DNA from: Tubulanus polymorphus
Taxonomy: Eukaryota; Animalia; Nemertea
Direction of reading: 5' to 3'
Assembly (NCBI RefSeq): GCF_964204645.1
Contig: NC_134032.1
Location: 11,830,275 to 11,894,274 of the forward strand
Length of the DNA stretch: 64,000 nt
Below, piece after piece: positions 1 through 15,300 of the stretch. A program made the translations under genes and the position numbers. Within the stretch, counting starts at the first letter, position 1; each line of letters opens with the position of its first letter. The notes under the pieces are model-generated. The model worked only from the letters and a program-made list of their open reading frames with translations, had not been told where the DNA came from and made no database searches.

Positions 1-120
1 TTGGGAAAGATGGTTATCTATTAATCTCCCTATGACATCATTAAACTCTTTAAAAGAAATAATGCTCCCCTTCGTAAATCACCTTATGACATCAGTAAAT
101 TGCCTAAATCATACTTTTAA

Positions 121-221
121 AGGCCCAGTTTTATAGACAGGTATCATCTCTACCCGGGAGGTTAACTCATTTGAAAATTAACTGAGTTAGCCCCCATGGG
201 TTGTCTCTAAAACCAGGCCCA
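121..221. mobile_element. Short hairpin MITE with GGCCC-type termini; related elements at ~5497-5608, ~5932-6010, ~6169-6292, ~27633-27750
   Basis: Ends ggcccagttttatagac...gtctctaaaaccaggccc are imperfect inverted repeats; similar termini recur at the listed sites. Confidence 0.55.
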
Positions 222-308
222 GCTGATAATATCATTGAACTAAAGCTCATGAGTGTTTAGAAATTCTCGAAAGCATAATTTCTGAAATTCTCTGTCTGAT
301 TTTTCTAG

Positions 309-3300
309 ATGGGGCGAACTGATTCGTAAACTAGAAATGTGGGTCGAAATACACGAACTGAACGACCAGGGTGAATACCAACCGGTCGAGGTCATTCCGA
401 AAACCGAGGCTCTGACGGGCGGCGTTTATCAACTACGCCAGGGTCACAGCAGACGGATCCTCGTACGGGTGTCGCCCGTTCAGAATTCGGGCACGTTGCC
501 GATCATTTGCGAGACGATAACGTCCATATCGGTCGGCGCGATCCTCACGAGGAACAAACTGCAGAAAGCGCTCGACAGTTACCAGGAGGAGGATTTGAGG
601 AAGGTGCAGGTGAAGTGGTCGGAGGCGTTGATGAAACGACGCGAATACCTCGACGAACAAATACAGAAAATCATCAATAAACCAGGTGAAATAATATCTC
701 CCCCTATGACGTCATCAAATACCCAGACATTGGAATTCAAGAAAAGATTGCTGTTTTCATAAGATCCCTCGATGGTATCATCCAATAATGAAGAGGGTTA
801 AATCTATAGAGCAGTATAGAAAAATGGCTTCCATAAACCTCCTTATGACATCATCAAATTGCTTTGAGTAATTTGATCACGAAATCCATCTAGAAAATAT
901 GAATCCTTCATATAAATCCTTCTATAACATTACCTAAAAAGATTCATGAATTGACTCAAAGAACTGTTATGAATATGTTGGTTGATTATGTTTTTCTTCG
1001 ACGTAGATAAAACTGACGCAGACGCCGAACGAGAAAGAAGTTTGATCGATCAGTGGGTTTGCTTGACCGAGGAACGTAACGCTGTACTAGTACCCGCTGC
1101 TGGCAGTGGGATACCCGGAGCTTTAGCTGACTGGTAAATATATACTCCCTGTTCCTCGAGCCAGTAAGCTCTCAAACGTTGTCTAAAGTTTACCTGTGGG
1201 TTACCATTGATGAAACACTCGGGAGTCCGAGATGTAATGATGTCGGATGATATAGAAATCTCGAGCTAAGAATGAAAAAAAGAGTCTGAAATGTTTACTT
1301 TAGTTATAAGTTTATTCAATGTTGCGACTATATCTGAATAGTCATCTTCTATCCCAGAAACTTTTGGAGTCTTCTTCGATTCTCAGTGTGGCATTCATAC
1401 TAACCAGCGAATAATCGACATAGTGGCAATTAGAATCTGAATAAATTAACCACCCTTTGAGCAACTGAAAGAGCTAGCCATTATAGCATGGAATGAAGAA
1501 AAGTGTTGGAACTAGGTCCTGTGATTCGTGGTTTTAAATGTTTTCATTCTATCTTAACAGGAGTCCTCCTCTGGGCATGGAGCAGCATATGCCAGTTTTG
1601 TTCTTAGATCTCAATGGTAAGGGTAAAGAAAGAATTGATTCAGTTAAATGACAAAGAGCTGTTCAGCGTTCCTCGGTGAAAATTTTCTACATATTCATTT
1701 CCTATATTTTACTATAGCTGATGATATGACGACCCCGAATGCTAAAGAAGGCCTGCAAGCAGCTGGCATCGACTCGACGCTTCCGAAAGAATACGGTGCC
1801 AAATTCTTTAATTTACCCATCGTCAAATACTGCGAAAAAGATGTAAGTCTTGTAACCCGATTTTCGGAAAATTATTTTCCCTATTCTGTTGTTGTCAAAG
1901 TTGAATCGATTGATGAAATGAACTAATTATGACTCAATCTGGGACTCGAGCCACATTTGCACTACATTTTTTGGGACATTTTAGATATAGTCTATTCCAT
2001 TTTAAAACGGACCAGTGTTCACGCAAGTGATAATTCCGTTCTTTGATAACAAATGACTTAAAGACGTATATGATTGCATAACTTTGATTTGGTCCGTTCT
2101 AATTGGTCCATTTTAGGTGTGGGCCAAATTAGAACAGACTAACTATCCATAGTGTGAACGCGGCTTCAGTTGTTAGTTCAATTTGAATCCACAGTCTGTG
2201 CTGGATTTGGGTCGAGATTAACGAATATCTTTCTCAATATCCCTCTGATGAGTAAAATCCCACAATAAATGAATTGATCTAAAAACTTTATTTGAAGTAT
2301 TAGAAATATTTCTTCAGTCTAGTAGCAACCACCTGAAATATTTCTAATATTTAAAATAAACATTTTAGATCTATTCATTTATTGTGGGATTTCATCGCGG
2401 ATATCGTGATCCACAACTGTAAATTCATCGATATTCCTCCATCCGTCTGCTTCAGGTTTGCGCGGTCGCGTCGTGGGATAGTTCGATTCACGACTCGAGC
2501 AGTCTGAATCGTTTGACGCCGTCGAACGAACGAGTCTACATGATCGTCAAGGCGGTCGTACGTCTGAGTCACCCGGCGTCGATGGAACTGGTCGTGCGTA
2601 AACGAGTCGGTTTGAACATCTACAAGAAACAAGCGCTGATGGAAAAACTGAAGAAACGCATCAGCAAAGCGGTACGTATCGTAAACTCACTCGCCGCAGT
2701 CGCTATCGTTTCGTGTACTTGCAGCATATGTTTGAATAGTTTTATATACGCAGGTATCAATCTGCTGCCCGAGCCCCATCAGATATTTGATACCTTCACA
2801 CCATTCTTCCTATCGTTGATTGTCCTCACTTCACTTGCGTTTGGTGGCCAGTTGCTCAAAAGTTGGTTAAAGATAACCGGCGAATAAATACCGTAGTAAT
2901 AATAAACTTTCATTTGTCACTATGTCAACTGGTCAACTGGTGTCGACTGGTTAACTCTAACCAGCTTTCGAGCGACTGGCCCCAGTGGACTTTATCTGAG
3001 ACGTTTTCAAGTGAGAATGAACTACAAACACCAGACATCAGACATTTCATCAGCACACTTTTATAAGTAATCGTCCACTCTTCACATGTGATCAGTACTT
3101 CACCTGAGACATTTTCAATTGTAAATGAACTACAAACACCAGATATTAGACATTTTATCAGCACACTATCAAAAACTAACCGTTCACACCTCGCACTACA
3201 GATGGTGAATGTCTGAAGGGCTTCCATTAGGCTGCAGATTGATGTCTAATGAGGGCATGGGTTCCACCAGGCTGCATATTGATACCTGTGTTCAGCCAGA

Positions 3301-6300
3301 TGCTTACTATGACGAAAATTCTCGAAAATCTTTCATACGAGCCTCGTTTTAGTTTTCATATTTCGTTCGTGTTGTCATTTTTTTAGGTTCAAATGTCTGA
3401 GCTAACCATGCATTATATGGGTGGTCTATCGTCTGTAAGTTATCTCAAGGTCACACAGGGGAGGTCGCTTGCTGTCCGACCGTATATATATATATATATC
3501 TGCATATGAATAACCTATTTACTTGCTATAAAAGATGGCTACTTTCACGAAACCCCATATGATGTCATAGATGATTTTATGTAGCTACGTGAGTTAATCC
3601 CCGGCCTATGATGCTATGATGTCATCAAATTTGGCTGCTTTCATGGGGTCCTCTGTTTTGAAATGTATATCTAGAAACTTAGCTGCCAACTGTTACTGAT
3701 TTTCAGTAATGGGAAATACTGATTTGATTTTTTGATGCATACAGAGATTGGCTATGAAAGATGAGTCGAGAAGATACTCAATATCCGTGTAAGATGATCG
3801 TTTCTTTGCTATTTCGATAAGAAAGATGTTACTGAGGGTCTTACCGTTGATTACTGTTTAATTTGAACATTTTCTTTCATACTTCAATGAAATGTTATTG
3901 AAAAAATATTCAACTTGCTACTGATAGCACTTTTCAGAGGTTGGCAGCGTTCAGAGGTTGGCAGCCTTATGTAGTAAAATTATGTCATTTGAAGATTGAT
4001 GTAGGTTCTGTTAATGACGTAAAAAGAGGTTTCTATAGAAGTGTAGCCATCTTTTCACAACAAGAAAAATGCATTAACATATTATTTCTTTGCCATTTCT
4101 CTTTCACGTAGAATCTAAAAACCATGTCTTTTCATGGCGAAAAATCCCTCCTTATCGGCTTAGATACTAATCATAGAAATACTAAAAACCCTTTTAAGGC
4201 ATGTGTGTCGTGTGTGCGTACTACATCTTCTTTAGGGGTTAATTAAAAAAATAATCTTTCAGGAAATGTAGATTTTCTCTCGCGTTGAAGATCGTATTGT
4301 TGTTTAAGAGGCTTTTCTATCGCGTGCTTGGTTTTGGTTCACTTTGACGACGCGTTGGTCTGAAGCGCGGCATTTTCTCGTGGTTTTCTGACTTCCAGAA
4401 GATTAACGAACTAACACTTACTGAACTCTTTTTCTTCATTCTTTCATATCTTCTTCAGTCTTTTTGCGAACGCGTAACACAGTTTGCTGTATTTTATATT
4501 AACATTTGCGCCAACAAATTTTCATAACTGGCTTTTTGGGGTGTTGGTCTTTCTACCTCTTCTGAATAAATAAATCTTGACTGCTATGACGAAATTTTTT
4601 GGGGGTTTTCTATTTATGATTGTTTTGTATTTTCAGGATGTGTTGATGTCAACGGGCGTCACATACGAAGTTGTCTCAAACATACCCAAAGTAAGTTACC
4701 TTCCTATCCTCCCCCTCAGCAAAATGTAATCTATTGTCTATTACAGAGTTTTGCCCTTGGGTTTAAAGTCCCTTACGGCATGAAGATTGATTTAGATGAT
4801 AAAACTGATCCGCAGGGGTTGAAGTTAAAACTGGTCTATAAAACCACCCTGGGTTTAAGTTGAAACTGTTCTTTTGAATTTGCCCCTTTTTTTAATGTTA
4901 AAACCGACCTGATTTGTATAGGAAATTTTCCAGGCCCCTCATTGTATCTCCGATGAAGAGAACTTTTCTCAAAATCATGACTAAATTTTTCGCGTATTTC
5001 TCACAGGCGTCTGAAGATTTAGAGGATCGCGAGTCATTGGCTCAAATGGCGGCCAATCAGAACGAAGCTCAGATAACGGCTGACGGAGAAACGTACATCG
5101 AGAAGTATATCAAAGGCGTGTCGGCCGTCGAGAGCATTCTTACCCTCGATAAACTGAGACAGGTAATAATTTACCCCTCTTATCAATCAAAGTCTTACCC
5201 TTATCATGGAATGAAATTCATGAATTATCATTGTTATCATTTTCACCATACCCAGGTAATATTCGTTTGAATCGGGGCCCAGTTACCTAGTAGTGAGGTT
5301 TGACTCAATGGTGGAAATAAGTTCATTTTCAATTTTTTTTTGGAAATTTTAAGTGGCAGCCCTAGATCTGTAGTAAAAGAAAAGCATTGACATTTCAGTC
5401 GAAATAAGTTCATATTTCCAATGTTCATGATTTAACCGACAAACACAATTTGCATCAAGAATTATGAGAATCATTCATTGTCAAAGAATTTAACTCCAGG
5501 GTCGAGTTTCACAAAAAGGATTAAGGCCTAAATCGATTTAAGATAAACTGAATTGATGAAGAAATTAAATCGATTTAGGAGTTAAACCTTTTTGTGAAAC
5601 TGGGCCCAGAGTCAATTTTCAACTCGGTTCTATTCAACTTATTGAACTGGTGCCAGATTCATAAATCTTACTAACATCTTTCAATTCTATTCATCAACAT
5701 ATTTTCAGTCTTTGAGGCACTTTTCCTGAATAAACCTTTCTAGATACTTTATTGATCAACTGTGAAATGTATTTATTCCATATTGTAGGAGGTTGCTATC
5801 AAGGAGTTGTTGTCGGCGCAGGGTCGACCTCTACGGAAAACTTCAAGCGTTCCGAACATACACGGGGTACGTACCTTCAAAGATACTCGTTATTCTATAA
5901 AACGTAGGAATTCCGCATCTATCCACAGTTGTGGACCCGATTTCACAGAAAAGTCATGCTCTTGATATCCAATCTAGGAGTTTATGACTTCTTTGTGAAA
6001 ATGGGGCCTGGGTTAAAAAATGTGAGTCACCCAGATCCAGTTCCACAGTCATAGGAATTTATTCAGACTTAAATCAGTTGATTTCGAATTCTTTAATTCT
6101 GAGTTAAATCTTATGTTTTCGAACTGTTTAACTGTGTCCGGATTGCCAAGAACCTGTGGAAGCCGATCCAGGACCCAGTTCCACAGTTTGTGGGTAAGAT
6201 TTAACTCTTTTAGATACGAAATCAGTTCATTTCCGATTACTTGAACTCTAAAAGAATCGTATCTTAACCCACAACTGCGGAACCGGGTCCAGGATGCTGA

Positions 6301-9300
6301 TTCTTATGTCTCGTATTTTAACTAAACCGCAACACGAATGTTTCAAACATTTCTAGCATGAGTCACATACGTATGATTAATGTGCGTTCGTCGCTCACAA
6401 ATTCTTCGTAATTTATTTTTCGCTCGATGCATGAACAAAAAATACTCAACTCACTTTTAGTCTAACAACTGCAGTTTTTGCCTGAAATTTTCTTCGAACA
6501 AAATATCTATATTTGTTACTAAAATCAACTTCGTTTACTGCCAAGCCCATCTATGTGATCGTCAGAGACATTTGTTGTGGTTTAAGCCATGTTTTAAGGG
6601 TGGAACTAGCAGTGTTTGGAAGTCGTCACTCGGTCACAGTTTGTATCGATGTGAATTTTCTTCGGACAGAGTTCATCGTAGGTGATTAAAATCAGTTCGG
6701 ATTAAACAAGAAAGTTACCGAGTATCATTGGTTCAACTGTCTTCAAAATTAATCATGACAAAAGCCATGTTTAAAAAGTTGTCACAGTTTGTATCGATGC
6801 GAATATTCTTCAGACAGAGTTCATCGTAGATGATTAAAATCCACATTTTAATGGAAAAAGTTGCAAAGCATCATCGGTTCGATTGTCTTAATTAACGATA
6901 GTGTGAAGATATGTTTAGCTCTTTCGCTCATGTTTCCAATTCCAAGAATATCCAAATTACATTTGGAGCCATCCCTTTCTCCAGTGGATGGCTCCAAATG
7001 AGCTTGATTTTGGCTTCAGCTAAGAATGCCCATCGTGGCCCATCTGATTTGTGAACGAAAGATTCAGCCATTTTGTGACATTTACAATTTTGCCCGCTGG
7101 GTGGCGTGACCAAGGAGGTTCGCTGTAATAATATATTGTTTCCTGTTTTGCCCACTAGGCGGCGTCGATGCCCAATATTTCGTACGGACTTTATCGCAAT
7201 AATAGCGTCATGAACGTAGGTATATCCTACCTGGTGATATTTTTCAAAACCCAAAAATATATTCATTAAGATTTTACCACCGGTAACGGGTTTTATCGTT
7301 TTTACCTTCCAAAAATTTTATTTCTGTAAAAACATTAATCGTTCTTGGTTCCAGAGTTGTTTTTTGAAATTTACTCCGGAGTCAATAAGAGTGATTATTT
7401 TTAAGTAGTCTACTCAAGAGTCATATTAGATTCACAACTCTGTAACTGGGTCCTGTAAGATTTATTTTTTTCTTAAAGAAAATCACTCCACCACGGCAAA
7501 TCATGCTGGTAAAATTATTGAATTTCAAAGAAAAAAAATTGTTAATTTTTCCAAATTCGAATTCTATTCAGAGCCTGGCTTTGCAGACAGGTTTTACCTC
7601 AAACCTAGGCTACAGCCAATCATCAATCAATGAGTGACACCCCCCCCCCCGTTTCAAATTAAACCGGTTCTATGAAACCTTGGATAAAAGTTTATTAAGG
7701 TTTATAAACCTTGCCCTTGAAATTGAAACCCTCGGAACTTAACCTGAAATCATCAGTTGATTAATAATCTTTAAAAATTCAACATATTTTAAATTCTTTG
7801 TTAAACTAAATGAATAGAATTCTGAAATCTTCGGAGAAATTGTCTGTTAATTGGGGAGCAGACAAACTGCTTGGGTTTAGATTTGATTATTCATCATTCG
7901 GTTTGCACTCTTTTATCGCAGTTGAAGGTCGCATGGAGAAATGGGATTTTCATTTTAGCTCCGTAAACACCGAATTAGTTTCCTGAGTAATTCACGATGT
8001 TTCATTGAAAAATTTTCCATTTGTAGATGCTCCGTTCTGATTCGTATTGTCGCGGTCTAGACGAACAGGTAATGTTTCAAACCACCACCAGGGGGCGTCG
8101 GTCTGTGTGCAAACTTCTACTGCTTTTAGTGTTTAGAATACTGTTTTAAACTCACTTTCCTAAAAAAAAACAGTCGAAATAATTTCTGAGAAGTTTTGTA
8201 ATTTGTCTTAACTCGAAGCATGTTTTTCTCTGTTTATGGTCAAAATCTTGTTGCACTGAAGCACGAAACTCAGCTTGATGTCGTTTTTTACTAACTGAAA
8301 AAAAAAAGAATCGAATTTTACATGAAATTTAGGCTGAACGTTAAAATCAATATTCGTCGGACATTGTTCAGATATTTAAGATACGCATTATAAATATCTA
8401 GATTTATCGTTTACAGTTGAGATCGGAAAGCGTCGCGGACCTATCCCGATCCGACATAGGCGGCGCCAACGGACATCGGCGATCGTCGTCGAACGAACTG
8501 AAAGAAGACATCGACAAAGCAGTGAATCCGGCGTTGATTAATCTCGGTAAGCTCGGGGGGTTACCCGCATTCTCATCGCGAGGGTATCGCCATCGATACA
8601 GTCATATAATCATTGTTCCACGCTTCACTATTCTATGATAATATATACACCACGATTACGTGTCGAAAACTTTAAATGTGTTTCACCTTGCACTGAAATG
8701 GCTGCCTGCATAAATCCCCCTATGATGTCATCGAATATTACTATTTAATGATCGATGAACTGAAGTGTACCATTTCTCAAAGTATTCAACGTAGAAGTCA
8801 TGGCGATGATGTCATAGGTGGATATATGATGGCAGACATCTTTTTCGGGGAAACTTCTATACCGCGTATAGGGGCGAAAAAGTGTATACGCGGGAAATGG
8901 GCCTGTCATTAATTGGAGAAACGGGCTATAGGTGGAGTCGATAGTTACTACCGTCTCAGGAAAGATCATGTAACTGTTATGGTAGCCGCTGGTCAAGTCG
9001 GATCGTTTTGACTTCTTTTGACTTTTACGGGCAATATCTGGGATGGGTATTTAGCTGATCCTGATTTTCAGTATTTTGTCACGATTTTGTCCTGAAAATA
9101 CTGATTTGACGCATACAGAAATATGAAAGATGTTATTGACGGTCTTACCATTTGACCATTTTATTTCATACTTCAGTTAAATAAATGTTCCTTAAAAAAT
9201 ATTCAACTTGTTGCTGTTAGAACGTTGACCATTACAGAGCTGCCAATCTTTGAAAACTTTTCTGACATTGGCGGCCCTGTTACGGTTTATCTCTTTAAGT

Positions 9301-12300
9301 CTAGTGGTTAGTTAGTCAGATCCGACTTGAGTCTTTTGTAGTTTTTGCTTCGTAATGACGATTTAACGACAGGCTTTTTATCGAGGAGGCGCCTCGGGCC
9401 TGTCTGTCTGCAACAATACGGGAGTAGTGAACTGAAATCCTCACCTCTCTCTCTCCTCTCTCTCTCTCTCTCTTTCTCTTCTCTCAACTTGCCGCTGCTG
9501 AATCAATATTACAAATATATACATATATATATATATATATATACATATAACCGATACTTGAGTTAATTTTTCACGCTAATATTTTTGATTTCTCGTCAGC
9601 TCACTAGATGTCTCTGCTTGTCTTTCAGCGCGCCCTACGTTCTTGAATCTGAGATCCAACACATACACCAACTCCAAAAGTATGTCTGTCTATCACTAGG
9701 TGTCTCCACTGTCCATACATACATCACTGTATCCACATTTCACTAGCATCTCCCCCACCTCCCCTTACCCCCTTAAAGCTCCTAAGGCCCTTCATTATCA
9801 TTTCATATACCCACCCCCTAAACGCGACCTCCCCATAAAATTGTTAGCTTCATCAATTCACTTTTAGTCATATTTTTTCAGAAGTAAACCAAATTCATAT
9901 ACATGTATCAGGAATTTTTGCGAAATTTATTTTCAAAAATTTCCGCCATAAAATGAACAGTGAAAATTTGTCAAAAGCAATTTTTGAAAATTTGTCAGAA
10001 AAAATTTTTAGATTTTGATCCTCTATGAATCAACGATTGGATTCAAGTTATTTCGAAAATTCATTATAAAGTGTGTGCGGAAATGAATCTAGAAATGAAT
10101 TCGGAAGAAAAGAAACTTAGAAATTTCTAGAAGAAAATTAGTTTTTAGTGTTAGACTAGACAGACTTACAACTAGCGCCCCCACACAGCAACGATGTGAA
10201 ATGCATGTGACACGACTTTGATATTTAATATCTCTATATTTTAAAAAGTTTTTTTGAAGCATGTAAAATTCTTACCAGTTTATCATATTTTTCTATATTC
10301 AACATATCTTTATACATGTCAATTATTCTTGTATATGACAAGAAAAGTATATGGCAGAAAATTGTAATTATTGTTCGAAAAATTGATTATTTTTTCAATA
10401 AAATTCAACTGAATCCAAATTGAATCAAATTAAACCAACACAACTGTGGAATTGGATCCAGAGTCAAATAAAACCCACACAATTGTGGAGCTGGATTCAG
10501 ATTCAAATTTAACCCACACAAGTAGAACTGGATTTCAGAGTCGAATTAAACCCACACAACTGTGCAACTGGATTCAGAGTCAGATTAAATCCATACAACT
10601 GTGGAACTGGGTGCTTTGGAGATAAAAAATATGTTTACAATTTTTTGCCTATTTTATATCCATCTATATTTTTATCTTTATATGATATATTGTTTCTTTC
10701 AGAAATGATTTATTTCTATTTCCTTTTTATTATTCTCTTTATTTTCTCTGAATATGCCATATATATACATTTACATATTATGTACTTTTTCTCTAAATTT
10801 TTAGCAAGTTTGTATTTTTGCCTGGAATGAATGAGCATGTATTTTCTCTACTGTTATAGGACTGGGTCCTAGGGATGAATCTTTACCTGAGCCCAGTTTT
10901 ATAGACTGGGTTTCTAAGTTATCTCTCTGAATAAATCTTTAAGTTGGTCCAAGTTTCAAAGACTAAGTATCCAAGTTATCCCTAGAATCTTTAACTTGCT
11001 CCGAGTTTTAATGACCGGTTAGTAAAGTTATCCCTTGGGATAGATCTTCAACTGGGGCCCGGTCTTATACACTGGATATCGAAGTTATTCTTGGAATAAA
11101 TCTTTAACTTGGATCCTGTTTAAAGACTGGGTATCAAAGTCAATCCTAGGGATAAATCTTTAACTTGGACCAGGTTACTTAGACTGGGTATCAAAGCTAT
11201 CGCTACTACAACAACTAATTTTATGATGACAACTAGCCGATGATATCTCAGATCCTTCAAACCATGAGTCCTCCGCAAGATCACCGAAAATGTTCAATGT
11301 ATCGACCCGAATGTTAATTATGATTATTCTAATTATTACAATTTTTATTATTATTATTATTATTATTGTGATGATTTATTTTAATATGTTATGTTGTGAG
11401 AGGCACGGTGTTTTCAACCAACCCCCGAAATCGTATGTTTTCTAATAGTTTTTGTCATGTTTTTGTCCGAGATATTAGTGGTATGATATACAACGACCCA
11501 AAAACATTCGCTAACCTGAGTTTGAGTGGCTGTAATTCATGTGTATTAAATCTTTCGAATGTGTTTGTTAATTGCAGCCTCACCGAAGAATACGATCAGT
11601 CCTCAACCGACCAAATTCGTGAAACCGATGAGGACTTTACTGGAAGAGCAGCACGTCAGAGAAACGAAACCTTTATTACGTCATGAGGAATCCGATGTAT
11701 GTATGCCTCCTCACTGCATCAGTCCCTCCCTCTACTCTCTCTCTCTCTCTCTCCCTTTCTCCCTACTCTCCCTCCCTCCCTCCCCTCTCCCTTTCTCCCT
11801 ACTCTCCCTCTCTCTCCCTCCCCTCCCTCTCTCCCTTTCTCCCTACTCTCCCTCTACTCCCTCCCTCTACTCCCTCCCTCCCTCCCTCTACTCCCTCCCT
11901 CCCTCCCTCCCTTAGTTCCGTGCTTAACGACATATTTGTAGAGGAGCTGTGTGAACCTGAGCCAGTTGCTCAGCCATAGCTATATGAAGCTATGATTAAA
12001 GACCAGTCTAAGACCATCTGAATTAATGCAAATCTTACAACTTGAGACCAGTCTTAAGATTTATGACCAACCTGAGCCCTGGTGTCGAATCAGTGAAAAG
12101 CAAAGACATATAGTTTTAAGGTTAACTACATTATGAGCTTTCGCTAGTAGCTTCAGAGTAGCTTCATCATTTAGCTTATTTACCTAATGAAGCTACTATA
12201 CATTAGTAGCGAAAGCCTGTTCTCTTAGATGAATCTAGTTAACCTTGAAAGTAAAAGAACTATTTGTCTTCACATGTTACTGTTTCATTGCTTTATCTCC

Positions 12301-15300
12301 ACTCTCAATCTCTCGTCTCTTTCTGTCTCCTGCATCTCTTTTCCACCTTCTCTACTCTCCTCGCGAACTCTTCCTTCCCTACTTTATCATTTCCGCCCCT
12401 CCCCCGACCCCTCATCCTTCAATCACACTCATCATTCTTAGGAAAATTTTGATTATCATATGTTTTCTATTTCACAGTCGGCAGACGAATTCGATTCCCC
12501 GAAACATCTGCCGAAGAAACACACCAGTCAACTGAACGCGCTCAGCTCCGACGACGAATTCCAAGAATTTGAAACCTATCGCCCGGAAGAGCCGCCGTCG
12601 GGGGACAGGGAAGATGCCTCCGTTCACCAGACGGGGGCGCCACAATCGTCAAAACTGACTAGCGACTCGCGCGCCGATAGCATGACACATTCCTCGACGA
12701 CGGAAAGCCTGAACGATATACAAGCCGCGAAAAGTTTCACGCCGAGCATGACCTCGAGCGGCTACGGTTCGCAAGCCGTCTCCACGTTGACCTTGAGCTC
12801 GGAGGATTCGGGCAGTATACGAAGTATGAGCGTTGAAGAAACGCCCGAACTAGAGGCGACGTCTGGCAGCGGTGCCGGCGAGAAATCGCCGAACATTCCC
12901 GAACAACAACAGACGGAGCAGCAGCGGCGCGGCGACGTCGTCAACGACAACGCAAATTCCTCGGAGAAAACGCCCGTCGCGAATCTGATCAACCTCGAGC
13001 TCGATTCGCCGCGCGAAACGGTGTCGCCGAACGACGTTATTAGTCCGACGATTAAAGATCTGCAAGAGATCGATTTCAGTTGCAACAGCGTCGGTGCCGA
13101 AGAGAAGAAGTTAGAAACGGCGACCGGAGGTCAAGTTACCGGAGAAACAGGCGTGGGGAGACAGAATGTCGGAGAAGCTGGAATGGTGAGACAGAATGCT
13201 CCGATCAGACAGACGATTGTGAAAGATGCGAATGGAAACGACGAAATGGTTGATGTTTACAGCGAAAGCGCGATGGACGAATTGGAGAGGTTGGCTCCGG
13301 ATGAACCACAAACAGCGGCACCGCCTAAGACAGACGACACTATCGTCGAAGGCAACGAGCTTCCGGAATCGACGGAATCGATCGATTCAGTCGTCGTGAA
13401 CGAATCGAAATTGGTGGCGGCGTCTGTTGTGGTCGCCCAGCAGCCGGCGACTCATAATGTCGTCATCGATGCGTCGCGGAGGCACTCGACGACTGACGCG
13501 GTCGTGCGTCGCGCCAAGAAAGACGGTAAGACGCGCGCCGAAGTTCGCAAGTCGTTGAATCTCGACCCGCGTTTGGCGAACGCTCGCAAACAGGAAGTGT
13601 GGGAGAAACGTCAAAGCATGCCGGAGAATAAACTGACGAAGTTGGCCGCGTCGGCGACGCAGAAATCCGGGCAGCGATCGTCGCCGCTGACGGCGTCCCG
13701 ATCCGGGGATAGTCTGTCAGTCAAACAGAAGAAGGCGGAGTTAGAAGGAGCGATTGATGGGGATATGAATAATTCTAGTCAGCATTCATTGGATAGTTTG
13801 GATTCCGAACGGAAATCGGAAACGCACGAAGGTTACATATCAGGTGAGTAAACCAAACTCAGATCCTCACTTGCCACAAGTGGAATCATCTATTATCACA
13901 GTAGTTGATGTCCTATTGCACACTAGAGACACCTGGTGGATCATCACTTGCTACAGCTGGAATCCTCAAATATCACAGTAGTTGATGTCCTACTGCACAC
14001 TAGAGACACCTGGTGGATCATCACTTGCTACAGCTGGAATCCTCAAATATCACAGTAGTTGATGTCCTATTGCACACTAGAGACACCTGGTGGATCATCA
14101 CTTGCTACAGCTGGAATCCTCAAATATCACAGTAGTTGATGTCCTACTGCACACTAGAGACACCTGGTGGATCATCACTTGCTACAGCTGGAATCCTCAA
14201 ATATCACAGTAGTTGATGTCCTATTGCTCACTAGAGACACCTGGTGGATCATCACTTGCTACAGCTGGAATCCTCAAATATCACAGTAGTTGATGTCCTA
14301 TTGCACACTAGAGACACCTGGTGGATCATCACTTGCTACAGCTGGAATCCTCAAATATCACAGTAGTTGATGTCCTATTGCACACTAGAGACACCTGGTG
14401 GATCATCACTTGCTACAGCTGGAATCCTCAAATATCACAGTAGTTGATGTCCTACTGCACACTAGAGACACCTGGTGGATCATCACTTGCTACAGCTGGA
14501 ATCCTCAAATATCACAGTAGTTGATGTCCTATTGCACACTAGAGACACCTGGTGGATCATCACTTGCTACAGCTGGAATCCTCAAATATCACAGTAGTTG
14601 ATGTCCTACTGCACACTAGAGACACCTGGTGGATCATCACTTGCTACAGCTGGAATCCTCAAATATCACAGTAGTTGATGTCCTATTGCACACTAGAGAC
14701 ACCTGGTGGATCCTCACTCGCCACAAGTAGAATCTTCTAAAGCCACTATAGTTGATGTCCACGTCTCACTAGCATACCTGGTGGATCCTCACTTGCCACA
14801 AGTGGAATCCTCTCATACCCCAGTAGTTGATATCCTACTGCACGCTAGCTCACCTGGTGGATCCTCACTTGCCACAAGTGGAATCCTCTCATACCCCAGT
14901 AGTTGATGTCCTACTGCACGCTAGCTCACCTGGTGGATCCTCACTTGCCACAAGTGGAATCCTCTCATACCCCAGTAGTTGATGTCCTACTGCACACTAG
15001 CTCACCTGGTGGATCCTCACAAATAGAATCCAAACTCTCATATTCATACGTTTCACATGTATTTTTTCACTGCAGATGGAGATGATTCGATGAGCATGTG
15101 TTCATTCGGTAGCCGTGCTGACCTTGACCGTCTGCACAATACTCCGATACCGTCGTGGATACAGGTCGGAGAGAGTGTACTTGTTACTTCCTCCGACGGA
15201 GGACCGATGAAAACTGGAGTCGTTAAGTTTCTCGGAATGACAGAATTCGCGGCCGGTCAGTGGGTTGGGTTAGAACTCGATCAACGTGAAGGTAAAATTT

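Noticed and set aside
11559-12535. Ser/Leu/Pro-rich ORFs
   Set aside because: Read-through of CT-rich tracts; only 11578-11696 and 12478 onward are exonic.
13861-15020. CRISPR-like array
   Set aside because: Contiguous 77-bp units with no unique spacers, inside a eukaryotic intron.
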